Below are positions 1-24,317 of a DNA stretch of 64,000 nucleotides, piece after piece. The stretch comes from Podarcis melisellensis (Eukaryota): the NCBI GenBank assembly GCA_964234715.1, contig OZ174275.1; one strand, written 5' to 3'. The notes under the pieces are model-generated. The model did no database searches. It had not been told where the DNA came from and saw only the letters and a program-made list of their open reading frames with translations. The position numbers and the translations under genes are program-made. How positions within the stretch are numbered: the stretch's first letter is position 1; every line of letters starts with the position of its first letter.

Positions 1-679
1 GAATTTCCTCCCCCCCTCCTCCTCCCCCCTCCCCATTTCAGCATACTATTGTGAGTGCTGTGTACAAGCTGGTTGTGAATATCACAGGCACATATGTTTT
101 AGTGATTAGTAACACAATTCCCCTTCTTCCTACCAGTGCCTCACTATTTTGTTATCCATTTAGGGATTTTTATTTTTTAAAATTAATTCTTTAGGGGCTG
201 AATGCTTGCCTGCTGAAACAACCAAGCATAGAAATGATCATGTAATTGCCTTCATCTTGTTTTTTAATGTAGACTTTAAAGCAACAAGGCTACCCTTCCT
301 TACCATTTCATGAAATTTGTGTTTTTTATTTAGTTCTTGAAAGGTTACGTGTTATCCCCATGCACTTGATAGCACTGCAACACAGTCTTCCTCTCCCTCC
401 TTTTGATATGTGGATATAGTCTGGTTCATTTCTTTATCCCATTGGCCTCCCACATCCATCACATGTCAACAAAGCATCAGGCTTCTTGTCCCGGACCAGA
501 ACTAACAGCATCCCAAGAGCAGAACAAAGGGGGATTTTAAGTTGTTTTATTGCCTGGGGAGGGCCTAAGAAGAGAATGGCATTGATTTTAATAGTTGTTG
601 TGAAAGAAACCCTTTAGCGTGTGTCATCTTTCCTAGAGGTAGAACACGTCAGCCAAGTGTTCCTTCTCCTTTCTTTCAG

Positions 680-755
680 ATGCTAAAGAAAGAAGAAGCA
701 ATCCCGTGGCCAGGAACTTTAGCAATTGTTCATTCATATATTGCATACAAAGCAG
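680..755 (+). CDS. PHF21A: PHF21A antepenultimate coding exon (76 nt)
   Basis: ttctttcag|ATGCTAAAG...AAAGCAG|gtaaga; [25 protein letters not shown]. Confidence 0.95.
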
Positions 756-1840
756 GTAAGAAAATGGTGCAGGGCTTGGCTTGGTTTTCTTTTCTTTGGA
801 AAATGTTACTTTGAGGAAGGGAGTAGGATGTTTGTTTTCAGAAGGAAATTAAGAGCTGACTGCATGATAACCCCAGTAATGAAATGGATATGACAGCTTC
901 ATCTGACTCTCTTTATGTCTGCACCTGCAGCTTCAGGTATGGTCCAGTACTGGCTTTCCATTGTGCAAAAGCAGCTGAGAGATCCCATCTGCAGGGCATA
1001 ATTGATACAATTGATGTACTCTCTTTCACAGCAAAAGAAGAGGAAAAACAGAAATTACTGAAATGGAGTTCAGATTTAAAACAGGAAAGGGAGCAGCTAG
1101 AACAGAAAGTCAAACAGCTCAGCAATTCTATAACAGTAAGTATTGCTGTGCTAAATGATGGTTTGTTTATCCTCTGTGTTCCACTAGAAGCTACAGCCGT
1201 GAATCTTAGAAAATGACTGTTTACTGTGACCAATCACAGTATCAGTTCTGAGCCATGCTTCACCACAGCTTTGTCGTGGTGGTGTTTTTTAAAAGTCTCA
1301 GTGGCTTCTTATGTTTGTTAGAGCTTCTTTTTCTCTGCTAAGTCATAGTTGTAATCTATATGCTGTAGTCGTGGCTGTGAAATAGCATTTGCTTTCTTTG
1401 AACTCTTTGGTTTGCTATGTGGGCTATATTTGGTATGGGAGCCATGTTGTAGCCACCAGGTGCTTTGACAAAGAATCTGTTTTTGCAGTCTCTTGTGGAT
1501 CTTGGGATCCCTTTGCTTTCTCGTTTGGGCCTTTTTTTTATGAGCGCACTCATTAATGCAATGTCGTTCCAATCTGCTTCAGAAATGTATGGAAATGAAG
1601 AACACCATCCTGGCAAAACAGAAGGAAATGCACAGTTCATTGGAGAAGGTAAAACAGTTAATTCGCCTCATCCAGGGCATCAACCTTTCAAAACCCATAA
1701 ACTCTGAGGGCAGTTCCGTCGCCATCTCCAATGGCATGGACTCCACCAATAACGCAAAGGCTGCCGCCGCCTCCACCCCAGCCTCTTCCCCCTCCCAGAG
1801 CTGCATGGTGAACTGTACCAAGGGCGACGAGACTAAATAA
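680..1840 (+). CDS. PHF21A: PHD finger protein 21A (BHC80), 3' part: join(680..755,1032..1135,1583..1840), last 145 aa, 5' end outside window
   Basis: Spliced translation [98 protein letters not shown]...CTKGDETK* matches the recalled PHF21A C-terminus. GT-AG sites, consistent phases, synteny with LARGE2. Confidence 0.96.
1032..1135 (+). CDS. PHF21A: PHF21A penultimate coding exon (104 nt, coiled coil)
   Basis: ttcacag|CAAAAGAA...ATAACA|gtaagt; [35 protein letters not shown]. Confidence 0.95.
1583..1840 (+). CDS. PHF21A: PHF21A last coding exon
   Basis: gcttcag|AAATGTATGGAA; [16 protein letters not shown]...GDETK, TAA at 1838-1840. Confidence 0.95.
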   Translation, partial: KCMEMKNTILAKQKEMHSSLEKVKQLIRLIQGINLSKPINSEGSSVAISNGMDSTNNAKAAAASTPASSPSQSCMVNCTKGDETK

Positions 1841-2042
1841 CATAGCACAGAAAGAAGGAGCCGGGGGAGATGGCGGCGAGGCAGAAGAGCAAAACAATAA
1901 AACTCTAGAAAAGAAAAGCTGGATTTCTTCTGGAAAGCGCAGAACTCTTTGGTTCCAGAAAGAGCGCGAAGAGGCTTGTGCCAGGCAGCACCAGAGTTGC
2001 CAATCGATCCTCCTTATTCTGTGTGTACGTGCAAAGTTTGGA

Positions 2043-2188
2043 NNNNNNNNNNNNNNNNNNNNNNNNNNNNNNNNNNNNNNNNNNNNNNNNNNNNNNNNNN
2101 NNNNNNNNNNNNNNNNNNNNNNNNNNNNNNNNNNNNNNNNNNNNNNNNNNNNNNNNNNNNNNNNNNNNNNNNNNNNNNNNNNNNNNNN
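2043..2188. other. Assembly gap (146 N)
   Basis: Run of N. Confidence 1.
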
Positions 2189-3034
2189 GTTTTTTTTATT
2201 TGGGGGTGGGGAGCAGGGAGGAGGAGCAGGTTTCAAATCTTATCTGCAGACCAGTTTGTTTAGCTAAGGAAACTTCAAGTCCAAAGAGCCTGTGGGCTTT
2301 TCCTGTTTCTGAATTCTCCGTACTACTAAACCAAAAATCCAGAAATATGAATTAACAAGTCCTAGGGTCCAGAGGGGGTGGGGTGGTGGGAGTGGGGACC
2401 AAGCCTATCCAATAAGCAGTATTCACGATTGTTTTGACAGGAGAGACAAAAAGGAATGGGGAAGGGTTTTTCACTAAGTATCTAGTGCACACTCAGGCTG
2501 GGGATTACTAGATTGGCAGCTTTGGGTTTATCCACTTTTTTTCCCAAATAGACAAGTGAAATAAATTGCTGGTTTGGGCATCACATTGGCCCAGGAAGCT
2601 TTTGCTGAGGAAAAGGAGAAGGGAGGGGGACTAATATAATCAGCCTGGGGTTTCAGAAAAGCGGGTCACGACTGAAATGAAAATTCCAACTTTTTTTTGT
2701 GTACACTTGTCAAGCAAAAGTGATATTCCAAACAGTACAGCACATGTCCCAAACATATGGCCCAAATAGTAAAAAAAAACACAAAAAAATTAAAATGCCT
2801 GTTTCCTTTGTTTCCTTTCTCTTTTGGTTACAAATGTAAGGAATAGAAAAGCTGTTTTTTCAGGCTGACAGTCCGATTAAAGAGGTAGATGGGACCTTGC
2901 ATGGTATAGATTAGAAGTAATAGTGTCAGTGAGATACAGTGAGTCTTTGTGAGTCCGTGTGTCATCGTTTTGGGCACTGTTTTTTATGCAAGGGCAAAAT
3001 CTTTGTATCTGGGGGAAAAACAACTTTTTTAAAT

Positions 3035-3186
3035 NNNNNNNNNNNNNNNNNNNNNNNNNNNNNNNNNNNNNNNNNNNNNNNNNNNNNNNNNNNNNNNNNN
3101 NNNNNNNNNNNNNNNNNNNNNNNNNNNNNNNNNNNNNNNNNNNNNNNNNNNNNNNNNNNNNNNNNNNNNNNNNNNNNNNNNNNNNN
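3035..3186. other. Assembly gap (152 N)
   Basis: Run of N. Confidence 1.
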
Positions 3187-6100
3187 TTAGAATTTTTTAA
3201 CACAGGTTTTGCTTATGATGTTGCCATTCTGCTGTGTTTCTGTTTGGAAAATGCCTTGGGGGTGAGTGTCGAGAGATTGTCATGCCATTCAAATAACCTG
3301 TGGGGTTGAACTGCATCCAGTCTGCAAACCTTCCTCCAACTGGTGGAATTTCTCCTCTGTTAAGCTCTCCTAATTAACTCTTGTGCTTAAAAGCACAAGA
3401 GAGCATTGGCAGCATTTAAAAATCTTTGTCGTTATAGCACCTAGATTATAGGGAGAACGTGGAGACAAAGGATTTTAGCGTTGAGATCTGGCTCTGCTTA
3501 GCACAGCTTGTCTGTCTTCTGAAGCAAATTGTCGCAGTAATTTCATGCTATTAAAATGCTGGTGCTGGACATGAGATGAGCGAGTCTGAAATAGCCACCT
3601 TTGCATAGACAAGTGCAAATGGCCAATATTTCATACCCTTTCACTTCCATGGCAGCACTCATGTTGGCGTAAGTCATGGCAGTCAGCCCGGGTCCATGTT
3701 AGAAAGTCTCTCCTCTGTCAGACAGCCAGTGATGGTGCTGCCATGCTTTTACTATTCTGTGTTGAAGAACTATGCATCCTAATGCACTTTATTTACATAA
3801 TCACCTGAATTTTGTTCCTGCCACTCATGGTTTGTGGCGGTTTCTTTACTTCTAGCCTCCAGTCTTGTCCCTCAAGGACTCCTCAGTGACACTCAGTTAT
3901 GCTCACAGTCCAGCAGCTGATTTTTTATCACTATACATATCAGTGAAGAGTAAGGACAATTCGTGTCAAATAGCCTTAGCTTTACGTTTGAAAAAGATCA
4001 GGCCTTACCATTTGACTTTTGATACTCCGTAGTGAAGTTGGCAGCTTTCTAAGTACCTGGTGTTATTAGCAAGTAAAGCCAGAAGGCAGCCAATCAGGAA
4101 AATTGCTCAGAGGAAATAACACTTTTTATAGCAATACACAGAGCAAAATATCGTTGGAGGCATGTTTGAGAGGCCTTTTCATCTTGTGACCTACCAAGAC
4201 AAATGTAGCCCACCAGATCCCTGATAATCCTCCTGGTTTTGCCTGCCTTTGAGTGCAAACAAGCAACCGTGTGTGTTGGGTGGTTTGCATTTGGCGTGAT
4301 GGGTCACGCAATTTGCAAACCTACATTTAGATATTCTGGGTGAAAAATAGACAAGTCCTCGTATTTCAGGCCAGAAGCTGGATTTCCAGCAGCAAGGAAC
4401 AGGAGGAAGCCAATTACCCTCTTCTGGTTGATAAATTGGTGTTGGCTGTTGACAGAGGCAGGGGAATGGGATTTCTGATTTCAGCTGTTCCCATGTTCAT
4501 GTGGCCCTTCCTTCCCCTCACCAAACACACTTGCCATCCTTGTATTCTTTTCCCTTAAAGCCATAGGTTCGTTCAGAATGGCCACACATGCATGAATTTG
4601 GGCAATGGCCATCATGCCCTCTTAGCCTATGATGTAAGGTGCAGGCAGTGCAGAACTATTCGCTTTATCTTAAACATGGAACAGGTGCCAAAAATAGTGA
4701 TCTTGTGTTGAATTCTCTGCCTCCTTTGTGTTCTGCAAACCCTGCAGTGTCGTCAGGTCATGAAAAGTTGTACTACACAGTGCAGAGAGGGAAGACGAGA
4801 GCTCAGGGCAAGGCAGTTGTAAGGGGAAGGGGAAGAGAGTCATGTGTTGATCTGCCCTGAGGAAGGGGCATTTATCTGCTACCTTCCGCTTTTAAGCAAT
4901 TTAAAAACTGTGCCTCAGCAAAGTAGTATTAATAACATGCTACCTTTATGCCCCCACAATGGGGCTCACAGTTAACCCCTAGTACTTTCTGAAGGGAAAA
5001 CAATTTATTATGCTAAGGTCTCCCATGTGTTGAAACCTTGCTTTGGATTTAGCCATGGGGTTTTTTTTGGGGGGGGGATTACTTTACATTTGGCCTCTCA
5101 TGACTAGTGACATCTGTAGTACAACTTTGCTTAGCCTGCAGCACTGGAGTGATCAGCTAGTTTAAAGTGAAGAGCAGCAAGGTACTCTTGTGAATCTTTA
5201 ATTGTGTCATTCTTCTGATTTTGTGTGTACTTCTCTCCTTGCCCCTTCTCCCCCGCCTCGCTGGCGTCTCCTGCCCTGGAAATGCCACCAGCTAAGTTTA
5301 AGAGGGATTTGGCTTCTGGAAATATAGCAGAAGGAGAAAATAAAGTTTGGGCATGTTTTGTCTGGCTGTGCAGAAAGATCCTTGCTTGGGTAGCAGATGT
5401 GTCAGATTTCCTTTTGCCTTGAGAAAACGTAGGGGAACCACAGTATCTTTGTTCATCAGGGTAACAAGTTTGTCACCCTGATTTTCTTAGAATTCAGAAA
5501 CATAATTAGTACTATGAGAGGACAGTGTTCTGCACCTGAAGGCTGGATCCTGGCTAGTTGCTTGCATGCAGATGACATTGCCTATTTACATCCTACTCCT
5601 AAACATTCTGCAGGAGTTGCCTGCTGCTGCCTTGGCTCATTTGTGGTACGCTGTGTGAACGTCAGGGTGTATGCTCATGGGCTGGTGCAGCAAACTCCAG
5701 AGAGTACCCATCCATATTTGAGGATGCAGCTGGGAGTTTTTATTTGCAATTGAAAATGGAAATAATGGATTGTGTGGTCAGACTCCATTAGTTGTTGTAA
5801 GGTGGAACCTATTTGAACTTGTGACTTTTCTGGTGCTAAAGAAGTCTTGTACCAGATTTAATCTTTTTTTTTTTACTGAAGAGACACTGTCACAAGAATA
5901 ACTACAGCTTCCTAGTTGTTGGGAAATTGGAGCAAGCATAGCCTATGCATTTGTGATTGGAAAATACATATTAGAAGATGATAGGCAGTACTTGTGCAAA
6001 AACATTTCTCTCATTGGGCCCAACAATTCTGTGTACTTTCAACCCCCCCCCCCCAGCCCCAGCACTGTAACATTGCTATTTTAGTTTGGTGCCCTTGGTC

Positions 6101-7807
6101 AATCCAGCAATGCAGTGTACATCTAACAGCGTCCCCATTCAAACAGGTTTGCAAATGCAGCTATTTCCTGTGTCCCACACACTTCTAAGTATAAGGGGGA
6201 AGTCCCACAGTTGTATCTGGGTCCAGGGTAAGCAGAAATGCCTCGCCCTCCCCCCAATAAAGTTTAGGAGGCTTTTTTTTAAACTTGTTTTCTAATATGT
6301 ATGCAGGTTACAACAATGCTCAATTATGTGCTAAATCCCGGTTTAACCCTCTGCAAATGACATTGCAGGTAAAAAAAACAGAAAGGCCTAAACTCAGTGA
6401 CAATTACAGCATCTAATTTCCTTCCCATCAGCTGAGGATGATAAGAAGCCTCTTTGTTATGGGGTCTATAATTTTGCCCAGGTGCTGAGTGTTTCTTTAC
6501 GTGACCAAGAATGGACAACAGCAAACATTCCCAGGTGAAGCTGTCATTATCTGCATCAGTGTTGGCAGCTTTTAGAAATGGCTCTGCACAGCACCTCCAT
6601 TTTTTTTGTGGTTGGAATAAATAGTTATTGACCCTGACATTTATCATCCCCCTTCCCCTAGCACATGCTCCACTTGAGTTTAGCCAGGGCTCCCTTTGCA
6701 GCTCAGTTACGTGAGCCTAGAGGGTGAGTGTTGAGTCCACCATCCACTCCCCCAGCAATAAGTGCTATACCTGCATCCCAATCTGCTGGGGAGTCTGCTC
6801 ACTCCACAGTGCCACACCTGTACATCCCCACAGTGAAGGATGGCGCCTTGTTGAGGGAACGTGCTTTAGTAAGGATTGGGCTAAGCTGGTCCTTCACTCT
6901 TCACTCTTCTTATGGGATTGAACAGCAGGGGTCTACACACCCTTGCTGGTTGCATTGGAGTCTTTCAGTAGTACACCAATTGGAAAGTCCTATTAGTGCC
7001 AATTTACATTAAGAACAACAGGCCTGTGAGAAGTGAACCAAGACTAAGAACGGGCATTATCAATAAAGTTTTATCTTGAAATTGTATGTCAGTTTGGTCA
7101 TATCTGAACTAGCAAATACTGAATAGTCATTAGCTTTTCTACTCTGTCAAGTCCAAGTGGTTTGTTGGATGTTACACTCACCTGTGGCTTATGTTGTAGT
7201 TTCATTCCATTCTTCGGTAGTAGAGGAAACGGCAGTGGGCTGCTTACTAGCCAACTATCCCATCTGTGTCTCAAGACCATTGTTGAAGCCAGAATATTTC
7301 TAGTAACTGGAATAAGGACTCTTTGAAATAAGTGGTCTGTGAAAGAGGCCATGAGCCTAAAAGGAAATTCACAGCCTTTGTTTTTAAGGCAGTGGGTTTC
7401 TAAACCCTCCTCCCCCATGTACACTGATGTATTGATTCATACATAGCCAGCATCCTCCCATCTCTTCTTCTCCTGATGTTTGTGCCAGATAAACTCAACC
7501 TCACTCGTACTGCCTCTGCATCCATCCTGAGTTCCCATACCTTTAAGTGAACTGGGCACAATATTGCTTTCACAGATCAACACCCTGTGAATGTTATATG
7601 GATGCATGACTTCTGTTGGTTAGGTGGGTTTCTTTTTTGTTAAGTTTTTCTTTTTCTTTTTTTAAGAAATTGAATAGCCTGGTGCTCATAGTGATTTGCA
7701 GTCTCTTTGCTGCCTTCTTTTCTGTAGCCTTCCAGTCCCTTGTGGGTTTGGTACAATTGTGTCTAGATTTTAGTCTATTAAGGTGGGAAGAAAAAGAAGG
7801 GGTCCAG

Positions 7808-7910
7808 AATAAACGATCAATTTGTATTTATTTAACATTTTACTAAATAAAACTATGAAATCTATTGTCTCTAGTTGTTTATCATGCAGCTGTGTTCATG
7901 TGTGCTGACC
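7808..7910 (+). terminator. Candidate PHF21A polyadenylation signal(s)
   Basis: AATAAA at 7808 and 7846, downstream tctattgtctctagttgttt...gtgttcatgtgtg GU-rich element. Confidence 0.6.
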
Positions 7911-8580
7911 CCCCTCTGCTTTGTCCACACTGAAGCTGCAAACGAAGAGAAATGCAGCTTCTCCCATCAAAGCTGAAGGTTTAACTGCAAACAGGTATGT
8001 TGTGCCACACCCTAGAGGTGCAGACACTGCAGGCAGATCAATATTGGCACTTCCAGGATTTGGAAAGGCGGCTGCTTGCCAATCATGGCAGGGGTACTGC
8101 CAGGGAGCTAAGAATACATAATTGAATGAAACTAAGGCTGGCCCGAGGCCTAATTCTGTCTTGTATTTCTAGTGTATGCCCCATATAAATAGAGAACACT
8201 CAGAGCTGCGTTTCAGTTCCCCTCTCCCATCCTTTCAATTCTCCTCACTTGGCCTTTTCCCCTGGGGCCCCATTGCAACAGTTTTCTTCACCATCGCATG
8301 CTTATAGTATAGGCAAGAGTCTTTTGTCCATTTAGTGCTCTGCTATCCTATATTGAGCTCCTTTCTCCCATTTTCAAACTCCTCCAATGCAATGTGGTCT
8401 TTTCCCAGCTGTACTGACCTTATGCTTCCCTCCAGTCCTCCTCATTCTACACTTTGAGGCTGTTCTTCTGAGCAGTTAAAGGTTTGCAATATCTACGATA
8501 TCACAGCTGATTAGCCACAAAAGCAGGTAGGGGACCTTTACAGCATGCCTGCAAAGGTGAACCTCTCCTATACTTTATAT

Positions 8581-8586
8581 TTTATT
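8581..8586 (-). terminator. Candidate LARGE2 polyadenylation signal
   Basis: First minus-strand AATAAA I could find downstream of the LARGE2 stop; implies a ~2.9 kb 3'UTR. Confidence 0.45.
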
Positions 8587-11474
8587 TTTCTACAGGCCAA
8601 GAAATAATAAGTTTTATCATGGTAAAGAGTCTGGGCTTTAGTTTCCCTTCTTTGCAGAATTTAAAGCTCCCTGGACCTGCAAGGAGAGTTAGCAATGACC
8701 TGAACTTGGCAAAGTCTACTGCAGTCACTGACAGCTTGGTCCTATAAGGGCTGTAAAGTCAACTGGGCTTCAACTTCTGGTAATAGCTTCCTGTATGGAT
8801 TGTGCCAAGTGGGTGGTAACTAAGTTTTACTCAGAAAGTAGACCTGTTGAAAATGATGACTAATTAACTTGTCGAAGGCTCCCTAACTTCAGTGGATCTA
8901 CTTCGAGTAAAAGAAAATTGGATACCATGCAGAATACTTTCCTGTCCCTGGCAGATTTGTGGGTTGTAGCCAAGAGTTCTCTGAAGGAATTGTTTCTCTA
9001 GTTTGTTCTCTCCCCTGTTCCTCATTTCCATGACTAGTAGAAATGAGGAAAGCATTAATACTATGTGGACATAATAACCAAACAACTCTCACAGCAGCTT
9101 GAAAAGGATTTTCCTCAAAACTTTAATGTTTTTTTAAAAAGGAATACTTGTGCCCATGCTGTACAGTGCTCTCAGTGTGGGACAGTTTCAGCATTTACAT
9201 CAGCCTGTCTAGAGGGATGGAAAACTAATCCCAGCACTTTGGAAGCTCTTGAATTCCAGGAAATCAAAGGAAAAATCAAAGAGTCCAGCAGCAGAAGACC
9301 CTAGACAGACTCCAGAACCAAAGAGAGAAACTACCAGAAAATCTATGACACCCAAATCATTTACAGCTTGTGAGAAATCACCTTAAATTATATAAACCGC
9401 AAGGAAAGAGTTTTCCCGTTACATCTCCATCCTTGTGCTCCAGTGTTTGATAATTGTGGACCATGGCTGGGCTGAAGCTGCTCCCAGCACAGACATTCAG
9501 CTACAGCATTCATTAACAGACCCTACGTCAGTTGCAGATACAGCAAGATGCTCATGTGTTCCTTTTTTCAAGAAGTGGAATTAGTCCCTTCAAGCATCAG
9601 GTTCACCAAGCAGCTATCAGGACGGCAGCCTGCATGCAATGACTTGCCTACTTCCATGGTTGCACAGACTTAATCCGTAATCAGCTGTGACACTTAACTG
9701 CATCTAGACTGAAGACAATCCGATTCCATTATGGACTCCTGCACAAGGCCCAATTGTGCAGTCCTTGGTCCTGATCATACAAACACAGTTTGAGCTAATA
9801 TTTACTCAGGAAAGCAGCTGATCAAGGCCATATTCCAGCAGATATAGGAAGGGCAAGACTTGCGTTCCTCCATGGGAGGGGGAAAGTATGTTTGGCAATG
9901 ATGTGCAACATCAAGCTAAACAAGATTTACTGAGTAGTAGTCATGATAAGAGGTTCTATTTAGCTTTGGTGAGATGAACTACACCCACATTTTAGATGTG
10001 GGGGTGGGGGGCAAATAGGCAAGCAGGGTTTGGGCTTTTTCCAAAATGCCCTGCTTACACATTTTCAAGGATCCTCGCCTGAACCCTGTTGGAAAGAAGT
10101 TCGTTTGGACTAAAGGGATCTTGGTTTCAGCCATGTACTCACAGCAAAGCATGTGTGCTATATAGCCCCTGGAACAAGGACCTGGTTTTCTTTACACTAG
10201 GCTTTTTTCTAGATAGTAACGTTATCCATGAAGTAAGCACAAGGCAGGTTGAAGAGAAGGTTCCTTACCAACACCCCTGACAGCCCCATTTCTTGGTGGT
10301 GGTCAATAGCACCGAAGGCAGAATGTGGGTGAAGCAACAGTTGTGACTCTTCTTCCTTGTGTAGTTGTGTGTGTGTAGGGAAACCCTGTGCTAAAATATT
10401 TTCTATTCCAGTGCAGGGCTTCTCTACACACACATCATGAAAAGGAAAGGAGAGGCCGCACCCATAGAGATAAGAAGGGTCACATGCAGCCCCTAGACCT
10501 CAGGTTCCCCACTTTAAACTCTTTCAGAATAGGTCCCACATCATCCTTTTCCCCATCAGTAAAGCCCTGATCCATGACCAACAGGAAGGCTATGCAGATT
10601 TGTAAAAGGCACGGTACAGGCAACTCCTGTTTTGCATGGGTTCAAAGAACGTGCAACTGTGCACACATACACTGGTTGTGGACCTGCAAGATGGTGTGAC
10701 AGGGCGGGGTGGGCTTATGCATGCTCCACCGACATGCACAGTACCTTGAAACACAACCCATGCACAAATTGGGTTGCCTGTATATGCATACAGTCCCTCT
10801 CGCCACATGTATAGGAATAGCTCACATAAGATTTTCTAGATGCTCACTTTATATGATTTAGTCAGAATTGACTAATTGGTTTTGGCTTGGAGGGGACAAA
10901 TGAAAGAGCTGGAAATAGGATGGGGCTACTACACTGATAGAGGGACACAACACATTAGTAGAAGTCTCAATTTCTACAACCAGTCTACCTTTCTACCACA
11001 GGAAACAGGTGACTGTAGCTGTATTAAGGCATCAGGCTCATGGGGTGGGAAAGGCCCACCTTCAAAACAGCAAGAGAGGAAGTTGCCTTAGAGTCAGGCC
11101 ACTGGTCTGTCCTCATTACCGTCTACACCAACAGGAAGTGGCTCTCCAGGATGTCAGCTCAGGAGCACACCTTCCCTCCTCTTCATTCCCATGCTTCCCC
11201 CCTCCATTTGGAAACAGATGTACACAAATGTAGGTAACTTGCCTGATTTAGATTGGGAGCATTGTTTTGATTGGCTCCATAGCCATGAATGATATGCCAC
11301 CTGCCCCAACCCAACCGGCTACAATTGTACCCACAACTTAGACAAAGTGTGTAGCACCCGGCTACCATTGGGAGGGTGGCTCTGCCGTAGGTCTGAACTG
11401 CTCCAGGACACGAGCGTGGTCCGCTGTCCCTCCTCTGCCTTGCACGGACTGTCCTTTGGTGTGCGTCTTGCCGT

Positions 11475-22579
<11,105 letters not shown>

Positions 22580-23409
22580 GATGGTGGCAAAGGTCATGTG
22601 GGCAGGCCTAGCCGCACCAGAGCCAGCATCCTACACCCTGCAAGAGAAGAACAAAAGAGTGAACCAAAAATGTTAACCAGCGGAATTGATCCTCAAAATG
22701 GAAACGGAGGACTTTGCTAGACTTGGCTTTCCAGAACCAGCAACAGCAGCAGCAAGCAGCTGAAACATTTGCCCCCAACTTTGGGTTCTGATGTGAGTCC
22801 ACAGCCTATGCATTTTGCACCAGCAAAGTCTCCTGATTTGAGCCACATCCTCCTCTCCCATGAAGCCTCCCCAGTAGCGGGGGCCTCATTCATTCTCCAA
22901 AATGGCCAAGGGTGTCTTGAAACATGCTGGAACTGCAAAAGGTGTCACCAGGACTTCTAATAGCATTCGTGGGCACTGACAGCAAGCTGATGATCACATC
23001 TGAGGAAGCCAAGGAGTCCTCTCTGAGTCCCACCAGCCAGGATTTGGAAAAGCAAAAAGGATCCTACTCTTTCAACTCCCTTGGCTTAGAAGTAGATAAT
23101 TTCCCAGTAGGAACTTGCCAAACAAAACTCATTGAACTCTCAGCTGTGTGCTTCTTTCACCCTAATCAGCACCTGAGTCATCCAAACTGAACCCAGTTCT
23201 AGAAACGCATGGCAAAGGGTAACATGAAGGTCCCTTGTTTTAACATATATTGCTGAAAATGATGCACACAGAGAAGACTTAACCCCCATAGAGGAGATGT
23301 GCCATGCACATCTTCAAGAAAAGCCCCTGATATCAAGAGGTCCTCCAAACTCACAGCCCTTGCCACTTAACCCAGCACTCCTTTGTTCAGTAGAGGCAAT
23401 TCACTAATA

Positions 23410-23611
23410 CAGTGGTACCTCGGGTTACATATGCTTCAGGTTACACTCTCCGCTAACCGAGAAATGGTGCTTCAGGTTAAGAAATCATGCTCCAGCGGCA
23501 CGGCGGCAGCAGGAGGCCCCATTAGCTAAAGTGGTGCTTCAGGTTAAGAGCAGTTTCAGGTTAAGAACGGACCTCCGGAACGAATTAAGTACTTAACCCG
23601 AGGTACCACTG
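23410..23611. mobile_element. Tc1/mariner (Tigger/pogo-like) MITE, family A
   Basis: Perfect 18-bp TIR CAGTGGTACCTCGGGTTA, TA on both sides. Confidence 0.9.
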
Positions 23612-24134
23612 TACACTGTACTTTCTTCCCAAGAGAAACTTGCAGCCCAGAGTATGAACAGCAGCCAGTGCAGGTCATTGGAAACAGTGTTTGGTTTGGA
23701 GATAAGGTAGATGTCCTTGCTCAGCCATGAAGCTCACTGAGTGGCCTCTCGTAAAACATTATCTCTCAAACTACCTCAATTCACGGAATTTTTGTGGGGA
23801 CAAGAATTCCAAAGCACTTTATTATGCTGAAAAGGGCTACAGAAGCGATAAAATTAATACCTACATTTATGTTTAACAGCTTGACCAGAGCAATCTTGCG
23901 CTACCAAACCCTGGTCTGATGAAAGACAGATTTGTCAGTGTGTGCATGGCTCAAACCCTGTTTTCAAAGCTAGTGAGTTAAAATAAAATAAAATTTCTGC
24001 AAGAACCCATAGAACAACTTCCTCAGAGTTACAAACAGAGAGCAGGGCAGGAAGATTAGGAGCTGGGACTTTCCAGATAAGAAGATATAAATTGATGTTC
24101 AAAGCAAAGACAGAAAACTGAGAAATGACTACTC

Positions 24135-24317
24135 TTATGCAAGAAAGGAGATTCCGACTAAACATAAGGAAGAACTTTCTGAGGGGAAGAGCTGTTCGAC
24201 AATGGAACGGACTTCCTCAGAAGGTGGTGGACTCTCCTTCCTCTGAGGTATCTATGCAGAGGTCGGATGGCTATCGGATCCTCAGGGTTGCTTCCAACTC
24301 TGTAATCCTATGATTCT
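24135..24317 (+). mobile_element. CR1 LINE 3' end (ORF2 C-terminus and tail)
   Basis: QERRFRLNIRKNFL..RAVRQWNGLPQKVVDSPS; tail ttccaactctgtaatcctatgattct. Confidence 0.85.

Larger units (their letters stand above)
1841..7870 (+). other. PHF21A: Probable long 3'UTR of PHF21A
   Basis: Nearly TE-free, U-rich stretch after the stop, ending at AATAAA 7808-7813 and 7846-7851 followed by a GU-rich tract. The end point is inferred. Confidence 0.6.

Noticed and set aside
1688-3309. ORFs containing X runs
   Set aside because: They read through assembly gaps
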